Of a DNA stretch of 64,000 bases, positions 58,001 through 61,000 are shown in pieces; the stretch's first letter is position 1; each line of letters begins with the position of its first letter. The notes under the pieces were generated by a model. It did not search any database and was not told the origin of the DNA. It worked only from the letters and a program-made list of their open reading frames with translations. Source of the stretch: Promethearchaeota archaeon (lineage in GTDB: Archaea > Asgardarchaeota > Lokiarchaeia > Sigyniarchaeales > SOKP01); contig JAFGOA010000014.1 in the NCBI GenBank assembly GCA_016926735.1, forward strand, positions 1 through 64,000, in the 5' to 3' direction. Position numbers and translations under genes: made by a program.

Positions 58001-61000
58001 ATATAGGCGACAATAATAATCTAATTTTACAGGAAGCACCAAATTCATATAATTATACAATTAATATTGATGAGATTGAAAGTTATGTGAACCTTATATA
58101 TGGAATTCCTTATAGAATTATAGAAGATTCCTATGTGTATGTTCTAGCAGAATTTAATTCAACTATGCTAAAATATAGTATGAGTCATACACCATTTAAT
58201 TATAAATATGTAGATCCATCAAAAGGAGATTATCATATTGAATTAATTATTGATGGTGAGTCTATTGCATTTTCAAATCAGATCCTTTTCCATGAGTATA
58301 TAAAAGAAATTAAAGAAAATTATATTTATTTTAATAATAAAGAAAGAGGACAAATAGGATATATTTCTCCTCAGAGTGAGATTACTTTAAAATACAAATT
58401 CAAACTTCAACCAGGTATTCTGGAAAGAAAGCATTTTTTGATACTTAGCTATCCCTATTCAAATATATTTAATACGGAAATGGGACTAACCACTTCAAGT
58501 GATACTAAATATAGAGAGACGTATAGAAAATTATCGGGAGGCTCAATTATATCTCCATTTGATTATAGTATCTCTATAGATGATACCTATAGTCTTTATT
58601 TGAGTTATAGATTAAATCAAAGGGATTATTATGAGCAAAAATTTACGATTCAGGCTCAAAATTATGTATCATGGGAAAATGGCTATATTTACAAATTTAT
58701 CCCTGATGACTTAAGAGAAAATGGATATATTGAAGTTTTAAAGACTGATGATAATATAAATTCTGTTAATGTGTATTATTTTGATAATTTTGGACATATG
58801 AAATTCCTCGATAAGACACATTATAATCTTGATTTTAGCACAGGTAGAATCTTAATTGAAAATGATGGAAATGAACTTGTAGGACCTAGTTTATTGAAAA
58901 AAGAATTTTATGTATCTTTCCTTTCTAATCCCAATGATAAGGAACTAGCAAGTTATCAATTCTCCTATGATTCTACAAAAGATATAGTGGAGACCTTAGA
59001 TGTTAATTATTGGGATATAATTGGAATAGACGATATTGATATAATCCCAAATTTAGATGCATATTATTATATCAATGAACAAAAATCAACCTTAACCAAT
59101 ACTGTATGTCTTGCATCCCAAATATCTACTTATTTAAAGGATGGAACTGAATTAGAATTTGATATTTCAGCTGAATTGGAGCAATCTAATAGTGAACTAC
59201 TTAGTGCGATTCATGAAGGCAAATATTCAGTTCTACACGTAGATGCACATATTGATAATTTAGAAAGTGTTAAGAAATTAATAATCGAATTGTATGATAA
59301 TTTTGGTAGTGTAATTCATACTCATTCTATAGTAAAAGAAGAAATTGAAATGTATGATAATGATCTTAGAATAGAATTACCAGACGGTCCTAATTCCCTT
59401 CAGACCATTAGAATAATACCCATATTTAGAGATGATAATGAATATTCTAGTAATAATGATATTGGAATTTCTCAAATTCAAGCAACAAAATGGGATAATG
59501 CGTTAGTCTCTATTAATGAAGATGGAATTGAATATATGGATGTTACATTACAATATGATCTAAAGACAGACCTATCTACATCTGGATATGAACTTGCCTA
59601 TATTTTCAATGATAAACTAGAATACCTAGAGCTTCCTGAAAATATATCTATTGCTTATGACACTTTAACTGATGAGAATGGAAATATATTATCATATCAT
59701 TTAAAAATCCCAAGTGTCTATATTCATCCCAAAACTAAAGAAACAACTAAGTTTCATCATGATGATATAATTGTAATTCGTTATAATTCTCCAATTAAGC
59801 GTGGAATTACTCTAACTGTTGGGAAAATGTACTTTGAAAATAATATCCATCAAGATTTAGAGAAAGCAGAGATTATGTTTGTGAATGCTGATTCCCAAAA
59901 TTCCTATTCTCAATTTACAGAAGATTATTATTATTCAGTTCCTCTTCAGGTAACTCCCTTTGAAACTGAATATTCTGGTAGATTTAAAGCTATAAAGATA
60001 GAATTAAATTTCTCTGATTTATTTAAACAACAAAATGCAAATACATTAGATTTTAGTGATATTGTGGTATCTGTGCCTCATCCAAATTACGAGCTGACTA
60101 TAAACGAAATTGTACTTTTGAAAGACTCCCAAATAACCGCCGAAAGTGGAGATGTCGATAGTAGGGTATGGCAATATTGTGAAATTGAGATGTTTGAGGC
60201 AAGTGAGACGCCTGAAAATGACGTTTACCAATTACAATTAGATGAGTTACCTCTGTTCTATCCTAATACTGAGTGGATTGAATATTTAAGTATTTATGAT
60301 GAGAACGGTAATTATTATACAGCAGGATTAACAGGAGATCAATATCAGCTTCATTATGATGGAACTTCAAATGAATTTAGGTGGAATCCTTCATTTAATC
60401 AATACCCTTCCTACTTTGGAATGGAATTTGAAGAAACTCTGATAATTGAGCCTAATACAACTCTTTATTTCCAATATTGTACTAATGATTCTTGGAATAC
60501 ACCTATTAGAATAGAACAGGAAAATATTGCTCTCAATTCTATTCGAGTTGTGTATGATTATAACTATTTGTTAAAACCTGAATATTACGAGTGGTATAGA
60601 GATTATTTTAATCCAACTCATTCATATGAAAATATTGCATATTCATTTCAAGATTCAGTAGAATATGAGGTAGTACAGTATTATCATGAGTCATTTACTA
60701 TCTATGAGGGTGTTAATCAATATGAATATCAATTTGATACAGATGATTATAATTTTCAGGATGATTTTATTGATTGTAATTTATATCAAGTAATTGGATT
60801 AACCCCTACTTTTGAATCAGAAGTACTAACTGATAATCCAGATTATCTTATTGAATTTTATCCCTCTAACAATTCAGTCTTAATCTTAAATATCAATAAT
60901 GAAAATTTAAATAAATTTGATTTAATTACAATAGTTTTAAATTACAAATATGGACCTATTTCTTCCTATACAGAAATACATCTATTAGATGTCTTTAATC